A DNA stretch of 62,536 bases, the filler included, from Squatina squatina (lineage: Eukaryota), in NCBI GenBank assembly GCA_031763465.1. It is 4 parts of 4 records of this genome, joined end to end, with 100 filler letters (N's around TTAATTAATTAA, not from the genome) between each part and the next. Parts side by side here need not be neighbours in the genome. Positions count along the whole stretch, not along the records: positions 43,852 to 62,536 come from JARFOE010000004.1; 3 more parts are not named here. One strand, written 5' to 3'. Positions 61,301 to 62,536 of this stretch are shown here, piece after piece. Every line of letters begins with the position of its first letter. The first letter of the stretch is position 1. A model generated the notes under the pieces. That model saw only the letters and a list, made by a program, of their open reading frames with translations. It ran no database searches and was not told the DNA's origin. The position numbers and the translations under genes were made by a program.

Positions 61301-62536
61301 ACTGCTCAGCAGAACATATTATCATATTCACATCCAGTAAAGGTGCAAGAGAGACACAGCACTCAAAGGATTAATGTTTCCTGTTTCCAAGCCATACAGC
61401 AGCAGCTGACATTACTTGTGAAGGTGTCTAGAGCTCGGAGCATTAAACAGTCTGCAATCTGTGACATCTTTCTTTTCTCCATCCACCCTAAATGTATGCA
61501 AATTTTGTGCCTGCAGGCTGCCTGCACCTCAGTCAGGCAGCCAGGGAGCAGATGAGCAGGAACGCTCTGCTGCCTCTCCCATCTGACAGTGATAGATGAT
61601 CAGCCCTAATGCTCAACTCAGGCTAATACATTCGGGCCTCTCTTGCCTTCTGTTCCAAAACAACTCCTCCTTCAACCTGGTTTCCTGTGTGCACCATCCG
61701 TCTCATAGGTCGAGAGGTTGCCTCCCCTTTTGTATTACCTCGTTTTGGTTCAATCTGCCTTTTATTTTAACCAGTATCACGGTCCATATTATAACTGTTA
61801 CGATATGAAATACGCAGCATCGTATTTGTTTGCTACTGCAATGTGTGTGTAAAACCGCAGTTTTGCTTTTCCACAGGTTCTTCCAAGTCCAAGTAGAGCT
61901 TTGTGTAAAAAAAAATACATTTTTTGGTGTCATTATTAATTTCATAAAATTACTGGCTTTGGCTTGTTAATTTTTTTTCCGCTGTGTGAATCAGAAAATA
62001 ATTTTTATGAATAGTTCATCATTGCATCAACACTGATTACCAAGCCTTCTTACTGGCTTTGAGATAAAGACTGGTGCATTGACACTAACAGACATCAATG
62101 CAGAAAGAGCCATTATAATGGTGGAATATTCTTGTCTGTTGACAAAGTCAAATAGGTTTGCTGCTGAAATCTAACACAAAAACACTGAGGGGTTGGTAAG
62201 TGATTTTTCAGGTCTCAGGTTATGTGAGCAGCATTCACTTTATTAATAGTTTTACTATTTTGTTAAAATAATTTTTCCTAGCCAGATATTAATTTGGGAG
62301 TTGAAAATGAATATTATAGGCAAATATTTTTTCACTAGCACAAATAAGGTTTTTTATGACAAAAACATACCCTTCTTTTAGGCATTTTTAGCATGGTATA
62401 TGGTGTCATCTATACAGGGCTATCTGGTTTGCCTATAGTTTGTTCAAAATGGCAAACTGGTTACAGGAGAACCATATGCACAATTTACCAACTTTTCAAG
62501 TTATTCAACAGGCTGTAATATTTATTTAATTGTTTT

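Overview
Eukaryotic, repeat-rich vertebrate DNA, most consistent with a cartilaginous fish (shark/ray). This rests on the CR1, L2 and RTE LINEs, Deu-domain tRNA-SINEs, Harbinger relics and a GPR139-like receptor pseudogene. The window is not one locus: three artificial N44-TTAATTAATTAA-N44 linkers concatenate four unrelated scaffolds. Scaffold A (1-15009) is LINE debris plus a 39-bp minisatellite carrying a perfect CACAGTG heptamer in nearly every unit. Scaffold B (15110-29721) is a gap-free compound satellite: 21-bp, 26-bp and 52-bp arrays fused without spacers, each unit with a palindromic core, plus an internal inversion. Scaffold C (29822-43751) is made of short gapped contigs holding a class A GPCR pseudogene, two in-phase minus-strand coding exons of an unidentified gene, SINEs and a Harbinger transposase relic. 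Scaffold D (43852-62536) is also gapped and holds a Ser/Thr-rich mucin-like exon, an ancient Harbinger transposase and an unexplained ORF-rich segment. No complete gene, RNA gene or CRISPR array is supported, and almost all ORF-track entries are repeat-derived. I cannot establish a new biological system. The best leads are the compound satellite, the heptamer minisatellite and the unexplained segment near 50-51 kb. Transposon boundaries are approximate and all family calls come from motif recognition, not database searches.
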